Positions 46,822 to 56,319 are shown, counted from the first letter of the stretch. The stretch: 62,982 nucleotides of DNA from Candidatus Hebobacteria bacterium (GCA_029821495.1 JALGTG010000002.1:1-62982), one strand, 5' to 3'. The notes: a model not told the origin generated them from the letters alone. Made by a program: numbers and translations.

Positions 46822-48510
46822 TCAGACGAACCAGGCGTCTCTGTACTCGCTCGAGGTCCCGGTCTTTCCGGCGACCGGGAACTTCCTGAGTAGGTACGAC
46901 TGCCCCGCACCCGTGCCGCTTCGCATGACTTCCGTGAGCATCTCAACCATCAGCTCGGCCACGCTCTCGTCCAGGGCGCGCCAGGCGTACACCTGGTGCT
47001 TCTCGACGGTGCGGCCCTGGGAGTCCTCTATCCTGCTGATGGCATAGGGCTCACTGCGCATGCCGCGGGTGGCGAAGACTGAGTAGGCTGACGCGATTTC
47101 GATGGGCGAGACGTCGTGAGAGCCGATGGCCAGCGGCAGGTACGGATCCATGTGCCGGTAGATGCCGAGGCGCTCGGCCGTTTCGATGACCGATCCGATC
47201 CCAATCTCGTCGGCCACCTTGACCGCGGAGACGTTGTACGACTTGGCGAGGGCCTCGCGGAAGGTGACCTGCCCGTGGTGCTCCCGGTCGTAGTTCTTGG
47301 GCGTCCATATTCTGCCGAGTTCATCCTGGTAGCTGATGGCGGAGTCGTCTACGATGCTGTCCGGCGTGTATCCCTGCTCGAGCGCCGCCGCGTACACGAA
47401 GGGCTTGAAGGCAGACCCGGCCTGACGCCCTCCCTGCACGGCCCGGTTGAACTGGCTCTCCGAGTAGTCAACGCCGCCCACCATGGCCTTCACCGCACCG
47501 GTCCGGATGTCCAGGGCGACGAGTGCTATCTCGTCTATGTTGAACTTCCTCTTCTTCACCTGCTCCATGCCCCAGGCGACGGCCTCCTCCGCGGCCTCCT
47601 GCATCTCCATATTCAGGGTGGCATGGATTGTCAGGCCGCCCTTGTAGAGCGGATCGGGGCCGTACCTGGCGACGATGTCGCGGAGTACGTAGTTGGTGAA
47701 GTAAGGCGACCGAGGAGAACTCGCGCCAAGGGGCTTTCGCTCCTCTACCAGCTGCAGCGGCCCCTCTCGCGCAGCGCGCGCCTCCTCCGGAGTGAGATAG
47801 GCCTGTTCCTCCATCAGAGAGAGGACGAAGTTGCGGCGGTCGGCTGCCCGCTGTTCGTCCTTGAACGGCGAGTAGTACTCCGGCCGCTTCGGCAGTCCGG
47901 CGAGGAGCGCGCATTCCCCCGCGTCCAGGTCCTGTACGTCCCTCCCGAAGTACGTCCTGGCCGCCAACTGCACCCCATAGGCTCCCTCGCCGAAGTAGAT
48001 CTGGTTCAGGTACAGCTCCATGATCTCGGGCTTGGTGTAGGCCCGCTCCAGCTGCACGGCGAGCATCACCTCCGCGAATTTCCGGGAGAGGGTCCGAGCG
48101 GAGGTCAGATAGACGTTGCGGGCCAGCTGTTGAGTGATCGTGCTGGTGCCCCGCCCGTGAAGCACACCCCGTACGATGCCGCGGGGATCGACGCCCACAT
48201 GCTCGTAGAAATTCCTGTCCTCGGTGGCCACCACCGCGTCCTGCAGCGCCTTGGGGATCTTCTCCAGATGCACGAACTGCCGGTGTTCGGTGGCCGCCGC
48301 GTACAGAAGCTCTCCGTCGGCCGAGAGCACCCGCGACTCGAGGCCGGGCCGGATCTCGCCAAGGTCGCGCGCCTGCGGGATCAGCTCTGCAATGCCCGAA
48401 TACGTGCCCAGCACGAGGCCGGCGAGGCCCGCGATGAGCAGGAGCAAGCAGAGGTTCAGGATGCGCAACCCCCACCAGATGATGTTTCTGAGGCTACGAC
48501 CGCGCCTCAT
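46822..48510 (-). CDS. penicillin-binding protein 1A (glycosyltransferase 51 plus transpeptidase), N-terminal 562 codons up to an in-frame TGA
   Basis: TM anchor. GT51 motifs (ATEDRNFYEHVGVD, GTSTITQQLARN, RKFAE). Transpeptidase motifs (GSAFKPF, SYN, GKTGTS). It ends ..RDAWFV then TGA, where homologues have Gly. Confidence 0.9.
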   Translation of the reverse strand: MRRGRSLRNIIWWGLRILNLCLLLLIAGLAGLVLGTYSGIAELIPQARDLGEIRPGLESRVLSADGELLYAAATEHRQFVHLEKIPKALQDAVVATEDRNFYEHVGVDPRGIVRGVLHGRGTSTITQQLARNVYLTSARTLSRKFAEVMLAVQLERAYTKPEIMELYLNQIYFGEGAYGVQLAARTYFGRDVQDLDAGECALLAGLPKRPEYYSPFKDEQRAADRRNFVLSLMEEQAYLTPEEARAAREGPLQLVEERKPLGASSPRSPYFTNYVLRDIVARYGPDPLYKGGLTIHATLNMEMQEAAEEAVAWGMEQVKKRKFNIDEIALVALDIRTGAVKAMVGGVDYSESQFNRAVQGGRQAGSAFKPFVYAAALEQGYTPDSIVDDSAISYQDELGRIWTPKNYDREHHGQVTFREALAKSYNVSAVKVADEIGIGSVIETAERLGIYRHMDPYLPLAIGSHDVSPIEIASAYSVFATRGMRSEPYAISRIEDSQGRTVEKHQVYAWRALDESVAELMVEMLTEVMRSGTGAGQSYLLRKFPVAGKTGTSSEYRDAWFV

Positions 48511-48612
48511 GTGCCAGCGCCTCGCGTTTGGTGCATAGTTCGGCGAGCCCCTCGGCGCCCCTAAGTGTGCTCTGGGCGGCTCGCATTGGCCGGGTCAGTC
48601 CGAGGCCGGTCG

Positions 48613-49281
48613 CTACTTGCCGGGCGATGAGAGATCCCGCAAGCGCTTGTCCTTGGGCGGCGAGATCACCTGCTTGGCACTAACGTACTCGCAGAGGGCA
48701 TCGCCGAGCGCGCTGTCCGTCGCCTCGGCCTGCACTCCCTTGAAGATGCGGAAGTATCCCAGCGCACCCTTTGCCAGCGAAGCCGGCATGGCCGCGCGAT
48801 ACTCCTTGTCCGGTGACAGCGCTGTCCGACCGACCTTCACCGCATCAATCCGCTCTCCGGGCTTCGCGGTCGAGCGGAACGTGACGGTCATCCCGGAGAC
48901 CTGGAGAAATGCCGTGCTCGGCTTCGGCAGCATGGAGATGCCGCGCTCGAGCGCGGCCCGGACTTGAGCGCCGGAGATGGTGACCACAACCACTCGTTCG
49001 TCAGGATAGAGCAGTGCGCCGGTGAGCGCATCCCGCGTCAGGTCTCCCGCGGGGATGGTGGTCTGGCGGAGCTGGCTCGCCTGCACGAGCGCCAGATCCG
49101 CTTTACCCGCGGCGCGGGCAGCATCGGCAACCAGGTCGCCGAGCGAACACTCCGCCTCGCGCACCTTCTGCGAACTCAGTGGCTCCGCACTCTTGCCAAC
49201 CACCTCCGCACACGCGCCGCCTGTGAGCAGCACAAGCGCGCAAAACGCCATCCACACTCCATGCGCCCTGTTCACGCTCAT
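48613..49281 (-). CDS. secreted protein consisting of a stand-alone 5'-nucleotidase C-terminal (substrate-binding) domain
   Basis: Signal peptide MSVNRAHGVWMAFCALVLLTGGACA at ATG 49281. 5_nucleotid_C-like motifs (ECSLGDLVADAAR, LVQASQLR, TISGAQVRAALE, LQVSGMTVTF). No phosphoesterase domain. Confidence 0.75.
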   Translation of the reverse strand: MSVNRAHGVWMAFCALVLLTGGACAEVVGKSAEPLSSQKVREAECSLGDLVADAARAAGKADLALVQASQLRQTTIPAGDLTRDALTGALLYPDERVVVVTISGAQVRAALERGISMLPKPSTAFLQVSGMTVTFRSTAKPGERIDAVKVGRTALSPDKEYRAAMPASLAKGALGYFRIFKGVQAEATDSALGDALCEYVSAKQVISPPKDKRLRDLSSPGK

Positions 49282-49356
49282 CTCGGCACCTCCCTCTGGG
49301 ACCAAGCCCAGGGCTTGCCTACAAGAACCCTATACCCCATGGTTCATGGGAGAAAC

Positions 49357-50485
49357 CTACTCCGCGTCCGATCTGGCGCGCTGCCCCATATCGTAGCGGA
49401 GGTAGGCTTCGAGAAGCTCATCAATCTCGCCGTCGAGCACGGCCGCGGTGTTACCCGTTTCGTGTCCGGTTCTGTGGTCCTTCACCATTTGGTATGGATG
49501 GAGGACATACGAGCGGATCTGGTGTCCCCAGGCGATCTCAGTCTGCTCTCCCCGCAGCTCGGCCAGCTTCTCGTCTTGCTCCTGCCGCTGGCGCGCCAGC
49601 AGTCGGGCCGTCAATACCCGCATCGCGGAGGCGCGGTTTCTATGTTGGGAGCGCTCGTTCTGACACGACACGACGATGCCGGTCGGGATGTGTGTGATAC
49701 GGACCGCGGAGTCAGTCTTGTTCACATGCTGCCCGCCTGCACCGGTGGCGCGAAAAGTGTCTATCCTCAGGTCCTCGGCGTTGATCTGCACGTCGTCGTT
49801 TTCCTCGACCTCCGGCATCACATCCACGGACGCAAAGGAGGTGTGCCGCCGGCTCGCAGCGTCGAAGGGCGAGATTCGGACGAGGCGGTGCACGCCCCGC
49901 TCTCCCTTGAGCCGACCGTACGCGTGGTCGCCGGCGATGCTGGCCGTGATGCCTCTGCTCCCGGCCTCGTCTCCAGGGGTGTGGTCTATCATCTCCCACT
50001 CGTAACCGTGTCGCTCGGCCCAGCGGCCGTACATGCGGGCGAGCATGTCCACCCAGTCGCAGGCCTCCGTGCCGCCGGCGCCGGCATTGATCGACACCAG
50101 CGCGTTGTGCGCGTCGTACTCGCCGCTGAAGAGCCGAAGCAGTTCCTGCTGCGCGATCATCTGCTCGACTGCTGCCAGGCCCGACTCAATCTCCTCGGCC
50201 TCGCCGTCCGAGCCTTCCTCTTCCGCGAGCTGCGCCAGAGTGCTCACGTCTTCGGCTCTGGAGAGAAGCTCCTGGAGTGGATTCAGCTCGCGCCTGCGGC
50301 GCGCGATGTCCGCGTGAAGGCGCTGGGCCGCCCGCGGATCGTTCCAGAGGTCAGGCGCGGCCGCGCGCGTTTCCAGCTCCTTCAGCTCGGCCTCGCAGCG
50401 GGCCCAGTCAAAGACGGTCCCTCAGTTCTTGCGCCTGATTGAGCATATGCTCTGCGCGTTCTCGCAACTCGCGTAGATCGGCCAC
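49357..50485 (-). CDS. prfB: peptide chain release factor 2, requiring a programmed +1 frameshift (join 50485..50411 and 50409..49357)
   Basis: Frame 0: AGGAGG SD, GTG 50485, 25 codons (VADLRELRERAEHMLNQAQELRDRL), then CTT TGA C. Frame +1 continues DWARCEAELKELE.. through the SPF (RISPFD) and GGQ (GAGGQHVNKT) motifs. Confidence 0.9.
50407..50413 (-). other. prfB +1 ribosomal frameshift site CTT TGA C
   Basis: The heptamer is identical to the classical RF2 autoregulatory site at codons 25-26. A GAGGGA Shine-Dalgarno-like element lies a few nt upstream. Confidence 0.85.
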
Positions 50486-50522
50486 GCGAAATCACCTCCT
50501 AATAGTTAGACACCTGAGATGG

Positions 50523-53500
50523 TTAGCGGCCCCCATTGCCAGTGCGGCCACAGCACTTCTTGTACTTCTTGCCGCTTCCACAGGGGCACGGCTCATTGCG
50601 CCCCACCTTCTTGCCGCTGGGAGCGGCGGCCCGGCGGCGGGGGGGCTGCCGGCTGGGCGGCGCCCTAAGAGCGGTCGCCGCTGGTGCGGCGGCCGCCGCC
50701 GCTTGTATGCCGTCCTGATCATCCATGTCTACGGGCCGGCCCTGCGGCGCTTCGGCCAGCCCCAATCTCTCGCGCCTCTGCTCCTCCGTCTCCTGGGGCC
50801 GTATCTCGGCGCGGAACAGTAGGCGGATGATGTCCTCCTGGATTGTCGTGAGGAGATTCTGCCAGTACTCGTAGCTCTCTTTTCGGTAGATGACGAGCGG
50901 GTCCACACCGGCGTATCCGCGGAGGCCAATGCCCTCCTCAAGGTCCTGCATGGCCGCGAGGTGGTCAATCCAGCGCGCGTTCACGATCTTCAGCGTTACT
51001 AGGCGCTCCAGCTCCCGCATCTGTTCCGGCCCGGCCTCCCGCTCGCGCTCCTCATAGGCGGAGATGACGTCCTCCCGGAGAAACTCGACGAGTTCGTCGT
51101 GCTGGCGGATCTCTGCCATCTGCTCGGCGGAGGCGGCCACCGGATAGACTTCGGCGAGCATCTGGTGGAGCGCCTGGATATTCCAGTCGTCGGGATGGAT
51201 CTCGGGAGACGCATACTCGCTGACGCGGTTGGCGATGAACTCTCGCATGTGCGCGAGGGCGCTATCGCGGAGGTCCTCGCCGAGGAGGACGCGCCTGCGT
51301 TGCTCGTAGATGAGCGCGCGCTGGTGGTTCATAATGTCGTCGTACTGGAGGCGGTGCTTGCGGATCTCGAAGTTGTTGGCCTCGACCTTCTTCTGTGCAT
51401 TCTCGATCATGCGGCTGGTGATCTTGGCCTCGATCGGCTCGTTCTCGGGCCACTTGCTGAGGAAGAAATCGAGCCGCTCGGGGCCGAACAGACGCATGAG
51501 TTCATCTTCGAAGGAGACGTAGAAACGGGAGGAGCCGGGATCGCCCTGCCGGCCGGAGCGACCGCGGAGCTGGTTGTCGATACGCCGGCTCTCGTGTCTC
51601 TCAGTCCCGAGGATGTGCAGGCCCCCAAGGCTGAGGATCTTCTCCTTGTTCCCCGCGCACGTCTCCTCGGCCTCGCGGCGGGCCGCCTCTCGCTGCTCGT
51701 CGGTCGCCTGATCGGGCTCGATCCCGTCGCGGCGGAGCATTTCGTCGGCCATCTCCTGGGGATTGCCCCCGAGTAGAATGTCTACACCCCGACCAGCCAT
51801 GTTCGTGGCTATGGTGAGCGCGCCCGGCCTCCCGGCCTGCGCGATTATGTGGGCCTCCATCTCATGGTACTTGGCGTTGAGCACCCTGTGGGGCACGCCC
51901 CGGTCGAGCACCTCCGCCAGTTCCGCGTGGCGGTCGTCCTCCAGCCCCACGAGCATCGCCAGATGCCGCGCGTTGTCCGTCTCCGTCACATCGGGCGACC
52001 GCCCGAACGCACGCAGCAGCGCCGAGGTCCTCCCCATAGGGATCTCCTCCAGCGGCTGGTAGCAGATGATCTCCGCCATGCGCCGGGTCTCCGACGATCC
52101 GACCTCCCGCTCTCCATCAAGGCGGCGGAGCAGCTCCTGGATTTCCTCTGCCAGCCGACCGCTGCGGTTCAGACGGTGCTCGATCCGCCTCTGCTCTTCC
52201 GGCTGGGTGATCCGCGCTGGACCGTGGTCGAACTTGGCCACGGCCGCCTCTAGGTGGCGCACCTGGCGCTCCACCTCTGTGAGCCGGGCCCTCATGGCCC
52301 GCCCCAGCTCCCGTCGCTGCTGCTCGCTGAGTTCTCTCGCTTGGAGCAGCGCGTCCTCCAGCAACAGCAACTGCGCGAAGAGCTGAAGCCGCTCTACCTT
52401 CAGCCGCTCGCTCAATCGCTCGGAGACTTCGATGGACCGAGTACCGACCAGGGTGGGTCGTCCCAGGCTCTTCATCTGCAGGATCTCGCCCGTGATCCCG
52501 TGCAGCTTCGCCTCCTCGGTCTTGTAGATCACGTCCGGGTTATCGCGGCGTATCATCGGACGGTGTGTCGGGGTAACGGCTACCGGCATCCCATAGACTT
52601 TTACGAACTCCGGCTCCTCGGTCTTCGCGGTGCCGGTCATGCCGGCGAGCTTGTGGTATAGGCGGAAGAAGTTCTGGTGAGTTATCGTCGCCAGGGTCAC
52701 GTTCTCGCGCTCTATCTGCACCTTCTCTTTCGCCTCGATGGCCTGGTGCAGGCCCTCGGAGTACCGGCGGCCGTGCATGAGCCGGCCCGTGAACTCGTCC
52801 ACGATGATGACCTTGCCATCGCGGACCACGTAGTCTACGTCTCGCCGATAGCAGGCATGCGCGCGGAGAGCCGCGTTGACGTGCTGGAAGAGTCCGAGGT
52901 TCTCAGGGTCGGACAGGTTCGAAACGCCAAGCTCGCGCTCGAGCTCCCGGATGCCGTCCTCGGTAAGGGTTGCGACCTTGGCCTTCTCGTCCACGATGTA
53001 GTCGGTGTCGGCGGTCAGCCTCGGCATAACGCGATCGACGCGCCGGTAGAGTTCGGTAGGCTTGGTGCCCGGCCCGGCGAGGATCAGGGGGGTGCGGGCC
53101 TCGTCGATCAGGAGGCTGTCGGCCTCGTCCACGATCGCGTAGTGCAGATCGCGGAGCACGAGCCAGTCGGCGTAGTCAACGGTGTTGTCCCGCAGGTAGT
53201 CGAAGCCCACCTCCGAGTTGGTGCTGTAGGTGACGTCACACGCGTACGCCGACTGGCGGTCGTCCGCCATCATGTCGTGCTGGATCACGCCGACGGTGAG
53301 CCCGAGGGCCTCGTAGATCGGGCTCATCCAATCCCTGTCTCGTTTCGCGAGGTAGTCGTTGTGGGTCAGTAGGTGGGCGCCCTTTCCTTCCAGCGCGTTA
53401 AGGTAGAGGGCCAGGACGGCAACCTGTGTCTTTCCCTCGCCGGTTCTCATCTCCGCCACGCGGCCCCAGTGCAGCATGACCGCGCCCATGAGCTGCACTT

Positions 53501-53879
53501 CGAAGTGGGCCATGAACCGCTCGCGGTCGTAACGCACGCGGTCGGCGCGGAGACTTTCCTCGAACCCGTCCGCATCGGAGAGGCGCAGGATCGCCTCCTC
53601 CGGCATCAATCTGTCTTCCCGGTAGACTCGGAAGCGGACCTGCCGGTCGCCCAGGATCCGCCAGGTGGCCTCTCGCACGAGTGCGTAGGCTTCGACCAGC
53701 AGGTCGTCGAGCGACTCGCCGCGCGCCAGCCGATCCCGGAATTCGTCCGTCTTGGCGCGCATCTGCTCGTCCGAGACGTCCTGCATCTCCGGAGCAAGCG
53801 CGTCGATCTGCTGGGCCAGCGCACGCGCCCTGCGTAGCTCGCGCCGAGTTGAATCGAAGATGGCGGAGAGTACCGACAT
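50523..53879 (-). CDS. secA: preprotein translocase ATPase SecA (1118 aa, with a large insertion in the second nucleotide-binding domain)
   Basis: Start at ATG 53879 (MSVLSAIFDSTRRELRR). Motifs MRTGEGKT, DEADSLLIDEARTPLI, TNMAGRGVDI and GRSGRQGDPG. C-terminal zinc finger CPCGSGKKYKKCCG. Confidence 0.95.
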   Translation of the reverse strand: MSVLSAIFDSTRRELRRARALAQQIDALAPEMQDVSDEQMRAKTDEFRDRLARGESLDDLLVEAYALVREATWRILGDRQVRFRVYREDRLMPEEAILRLSDADGFEESLRADRVRYDRERFMAHFEVQLMGAVMLHWGRVAEMRTGEGKTQVAVLALYLNALEGKGAHLLTHNDYLAKRDRDWMSPIYEALGLTVGVIQHDMMADDRQSAYACDVTYSTNSEVGFDYLRDNTVDYADWLVLRDLHYAIVDEADSLLIDEARTPLILAGPGTKPTELYRRVDRVMPRLTADTDYIVDEKAKVATLTEDGIRELERELGVSNLSDPENLGLFQHVNAALRAHACYRRDVDYVVRDGKVIIVDEFTGRLMHGRRYSEGLHQAIEAKEKVQIERENVTLATITHQNFFRLYHKLAGMTGTAKTEEPEFVKVYGMPVAVTPTHRPMIRRDNPDVIYKTEEAKLHGITGEILQMKSLGRPTLVGTRSIEVSERLSERLKVERLQLFAQLLLLEDALLQARELSEQQRRELGRAMRARLTEVERQVRHLEAAVAKFDHGPARITQPEEQRRIEHRLNRSGRLAEEIQELLRRLDGEREVGSSETRRMAEIICYQPLEEIPMGRTSALLRAFGRSPDVTETDNARHLAMLVGLEDDRHAELAEVLDRGVPHRVLNAKYHEMEAHIIAQAGRPGALTIATNMAGRGVDILLGGNPQEMADEMLRRDGIEPDQATDEQREAARREAEETCAGNKEKILSLGGLHILGTERHESRRIDNQLRGRSGRQGDPGSSRFYVSFEDELMRLFGPERLDFFLSKWPENEPIEAKITSRMIENAQKKVEANNFEIRKHRLQYDDIMNHQRALIYEQRRRVLLGEDLRDSALAHMREFIANRVSEYASPEIHPDDWNIQALHQMLAEVYPVAASAEQMAEIRQHDELVEFLREDVISAYEEREREAGPEQMRELERLVTLKIVNARWIDHLAAMQDLEEGIGLRGYAGVDPLVIYRKESYEYWQNLLTTIQEDIIRLLFRAEIRPQETEEQRRERLGLAEAPQGRPVDMDDQDGIQAAAAAAPAATALRAPPSRQPPRRRAAAPSGKKVGRNEPCPCGSGKKYKKCCGRTGNGGR

Positions 53880-54055
53880 GCTGCCCCCAGAAGGGGAGGC
53901 CGCACACGCACCTCCCAGCCGCATTATACCACGCAGGCGCGCGTCTGTCAGGTCGCTCTGGAGCGGGAGCGGCCGCTGGAAGCAGCGGTGCGAGAGGGAG
54001 CAGGAGCAAGAAGACCCGCGCCGAACCGTTCGCGGGGGGTAGGGGAGGAGCATCG

Positions 54056-54541
54056 ATGCCGCCGCGCTTCGTCGCCGACTGCATGCTCGGTCGTCTCGCC
54101 AAGTGGCTCCGCGCGTTCGGGTTCGACGCGTGCTATGCGCCCTTCGCCGACGATCACGGAATCGTCGCGTGGGCTAGGCAGCGCGGCGCGGTCGTTCTGA
54201 CCCGCGATACGGGGTTCCCAAGGCCTACAGACGTGCCGATCATCTTCATCCAGGAGGACGACGTCGAGAAGCAGCTCGGGCAGGTCGTAAGGAGTGTTCC
54301 TCTGGACCTCGCCGATGCCCGGGCCCTCACGCGCTGTACAGTCTGCAACCGGGAGCTGGAATCGGCCACCAGGGATCAGGTGTGGGATCGGGTGCCGCCC
54401 TTCGTGTACCTGACAGAGGAGAGGTATGCGCGGTGTCTCGACTGCGGTCGCGTCTACTGGGAAGGCACCCACGCGCCGCGCATCCGACGGCGGCTCGCAC
54501 GGCTCGCGGGGTCTGCTGCGGGCGAGCGGAGGAGAGGGTGA
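54056..54541 (+). CDS. Mut7-C (DUF82) PIN-like RNase domain protein with a C-terminal zinc ribbon
   Basis: Start at ATG 54056 with GGGGAGGAG upstream. Motifs FVADCMLGRLAKWLRAFGFDA, VVLTRD and RCTVCN..RCLDCGRVYWEGTH. Confidence 0.8.
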   Translation: MPPRFVADCMLGRLAKWLRAFGFDACYAPFADDHGIVAWARQRGAVVLTRDTGFPRPTDVPIIFIQEDDVEKQLGQVVRSVPLDLADARALTRCTVCNRELESATRDQVWDRVPPFVYLTEERYARCLDCGRVYWEGTHAPRIRRRLARLAGSAAGERRRG

Positions 54542-56289
54542 GCGAAGGGCCGTCTGGCGCTCGGCCTGGCCGCTGGGGGCGGCGCGCGCTGATCTTCCTG
54601 CTGGGCGCGGCGATCTGGACACTCGTCTCGTGCTACCCGAACCCCTATGTGCTCGTGCGGAATCTGGCGCGCTACCGGCACCTTCCGATCGACCCGCGGA
54701 TCGAGGAGAGGATGGGCTGGCAACTGCTGCCGGAGCCGGGGCAGATCGAGCTGTTTGTGGACAGCATGCTCGTGCCGACGCCCGATTGGCAGGTTCACCG
54801 CGTGCCGTGGTATGTGCCGACGGCCGGCGAAACCGCGCAGTCGTCGCACGGAGACTGCGAGGCGAAGGCGATTCTGCTGGCCAGCCTGCTGGCCGGGAAG
54901 GACCTCCCGTTCGAGATTCGGGCCTCCCTGACGCACATCTGGGTGGACTATCCCGGGCGCCGGGCCCGGTCGGGGGAGAATCGGGACCTCGCCTACCTAG
55001 AGGGAGAGGGTGGGCGGCTGCGGCTGCAGTGGCCCGGACGGGTGCCCTGGGGCCGGGTGCTGGCTGCGCAGCGGGAGCAGCTCTGGGACGCCATGCCGCT
55101 CGCGCGGAAGACGCTGTGGCTGATAGGCATTGTCTGGGTTGGGCTGGCTGTGGCGCTCTCGGGTGGGTCCACGCCGGCGGGGGAGATCGCCTCCCGATGG
55201 CGCCCGCGCGCGACCGACTACTTGTGGCGTACATGCTGGCTGGCCGCCCTGATCTTCCTCGCCACGCTGGCGGCTGCCAACGCATGGCCCGAATGGGGCC
55301 GCAGCCGGTGGCGGGTGGTGGATCTGTGGGAGGTGCTTGCGGCGTCGGCCGCGGCGGGCGGTCTGGCGGCCTGGCTGAGCGCGGTGCCGCGCCGGCGCAG
55401 TGTGACGGTTGAGGACGATGGTGACCGGCTCGTCGCCTCCTCGACCCTCGGGCCATGGCAGCGAAGCCGAGGCGTCTACACCGAGGACGTCGCCCGTGTG
55501 GAGCTGCGGGCCTCCGCTGGGGGGCTTCAACCATGGACGGTATCGGCCATGCTGCGAACCGGCGAGCGCGTCCCCCTGCTCGACTATCGGGAGGAGGTGA
55601 CGGCTCGCGGGGCGCTGAGAAGGCTCGGGCTGGCCTTGCGCCGGCGGCTGGTTGTGCGTGCAGACCGGTTCGAGACGTGGACGGCCGCCGACGAGATCTC
55701 GCACTCGCTGCGGCAGCGGGCGACAGGGCAGCCGCCCCCTCCCCTCACGGATCCGCCCAGGGGATGCGTGCTCAGCGTCGCGGACTCGGAGGGCAGCTGG
55801 GCAGTGCGGCTGCCGCCACCGGGACGGCGGGCCGGCCTGGAGTTGGTGGTGTTTGCGGCCGCGCCCGTGCTGCTGGCCACGCTGACGACGATCGGGGTGC
55901 TGCGATGCCCGGGCGGCTTCCTCCTCTGGGTCGGGTGGGTGGTGTCAGCCTCCCTTCTCGGGCTTATGACCTATCTGGCGATCGTCCTCAGGGGCGAGAT
56001 CGTCGGCTATCTAGCCGAGACGCGCCTGGAGATGGAGGACGGGACCCTAAGATACTACACGCCCGAGGGCAAGACGGAGTCCATCAGGCTGGATGACATC
56101 GAGACGGTGGAGATGGGCCGGCGAGGACAGACTCTGACAGTCGCCATCGTCACGCCCGAGCAAGTGCTGCACATCCGCGGTCTCGGGCAGGCCGACCACC
56201 AGGAGTGGCTGCGGAACGCGATCGAGGCTGCCGCAATCGGTGCGCCTCGACCTGAACGTCACGATGAAGCGGAGGACCCGAGCGCATAG
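54538..56289 (+). CDS. polytopic membrane protein with an N-terminal transglutaminase-like domain and two PH-like soluble modules
   Basis: GTG 54538 overlaps the Mut7-C stop (GTGA), with GGAGGAG upstream. Candidate Cys/His core (GDCEAKAILLASLL .. LTHIWVDY). At least 5 hydrophobic helices. Two modules of about 80 aa follow helix pairs (SVTVEDDGDRLV..; RLEMEDGTLRYYTPEGKTESIRLDDIETVEM..). Confidence 0.7.
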   Translation: MSEGPSGARPGRWGRRALIFLLGAAIWTLVSCYPNPYVLVRNLARYRHLPIDPRIEERMGWQLLPEPGQIELFVDSMLVPTPDWQVHRVPWYVPTAGETAQSSHGDCEAKAILLASLLAGKDLPFEIRASLTHIWVDYPGRRARSGENRDLAYLEGEGGRLRLQWPGRVPWGRVLAAQREQLWDAMPLARKTLWLIGIVWVGLAVALSGGSTPAGEIASRWRPRATDYLWRTCWLAALIFLATLAAANAWPEWGRSRWRVVDLWEVLAASAAAGGLAAWLSAVPRRRSVTVEDDGDRLVASSTLGPWQRSRGVYTEDVARVELRASAGGLQPWTVSAMLRTGERVPLLDYREEVTARGALRRLGLALRRRLVVRADRFETWTAADEISHSLRQRATGQPPPPLTDPPRGCVLSVADSEGSWAVRLPPPGRRAGLELVVFAAAPVLLATLTTIGVLRCPGGFLLWVGWVVSASLLGLMTYLAIVLRGEIVGYLAETRLEMEDGTLRYYTPEGKTESIRLDDIETVEMGRRGQTLTVAIVTPEQVLHIRGLGQADHQEWLRNAIEAAAIGAPRPERHDEAEDPSA

Positions 56290-56319
56290 CGCGTCGGGCC
56301 CCGCCCAACGCTAACCGCC

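Noticed and set aside
53948-55534. 528-aa minus-strand ORF that is very rich in P/R/A.
   Set aside because: It is antisense to the Mut7-C and membrane-protein genes, and its low-complexity composition shows no domain signature.
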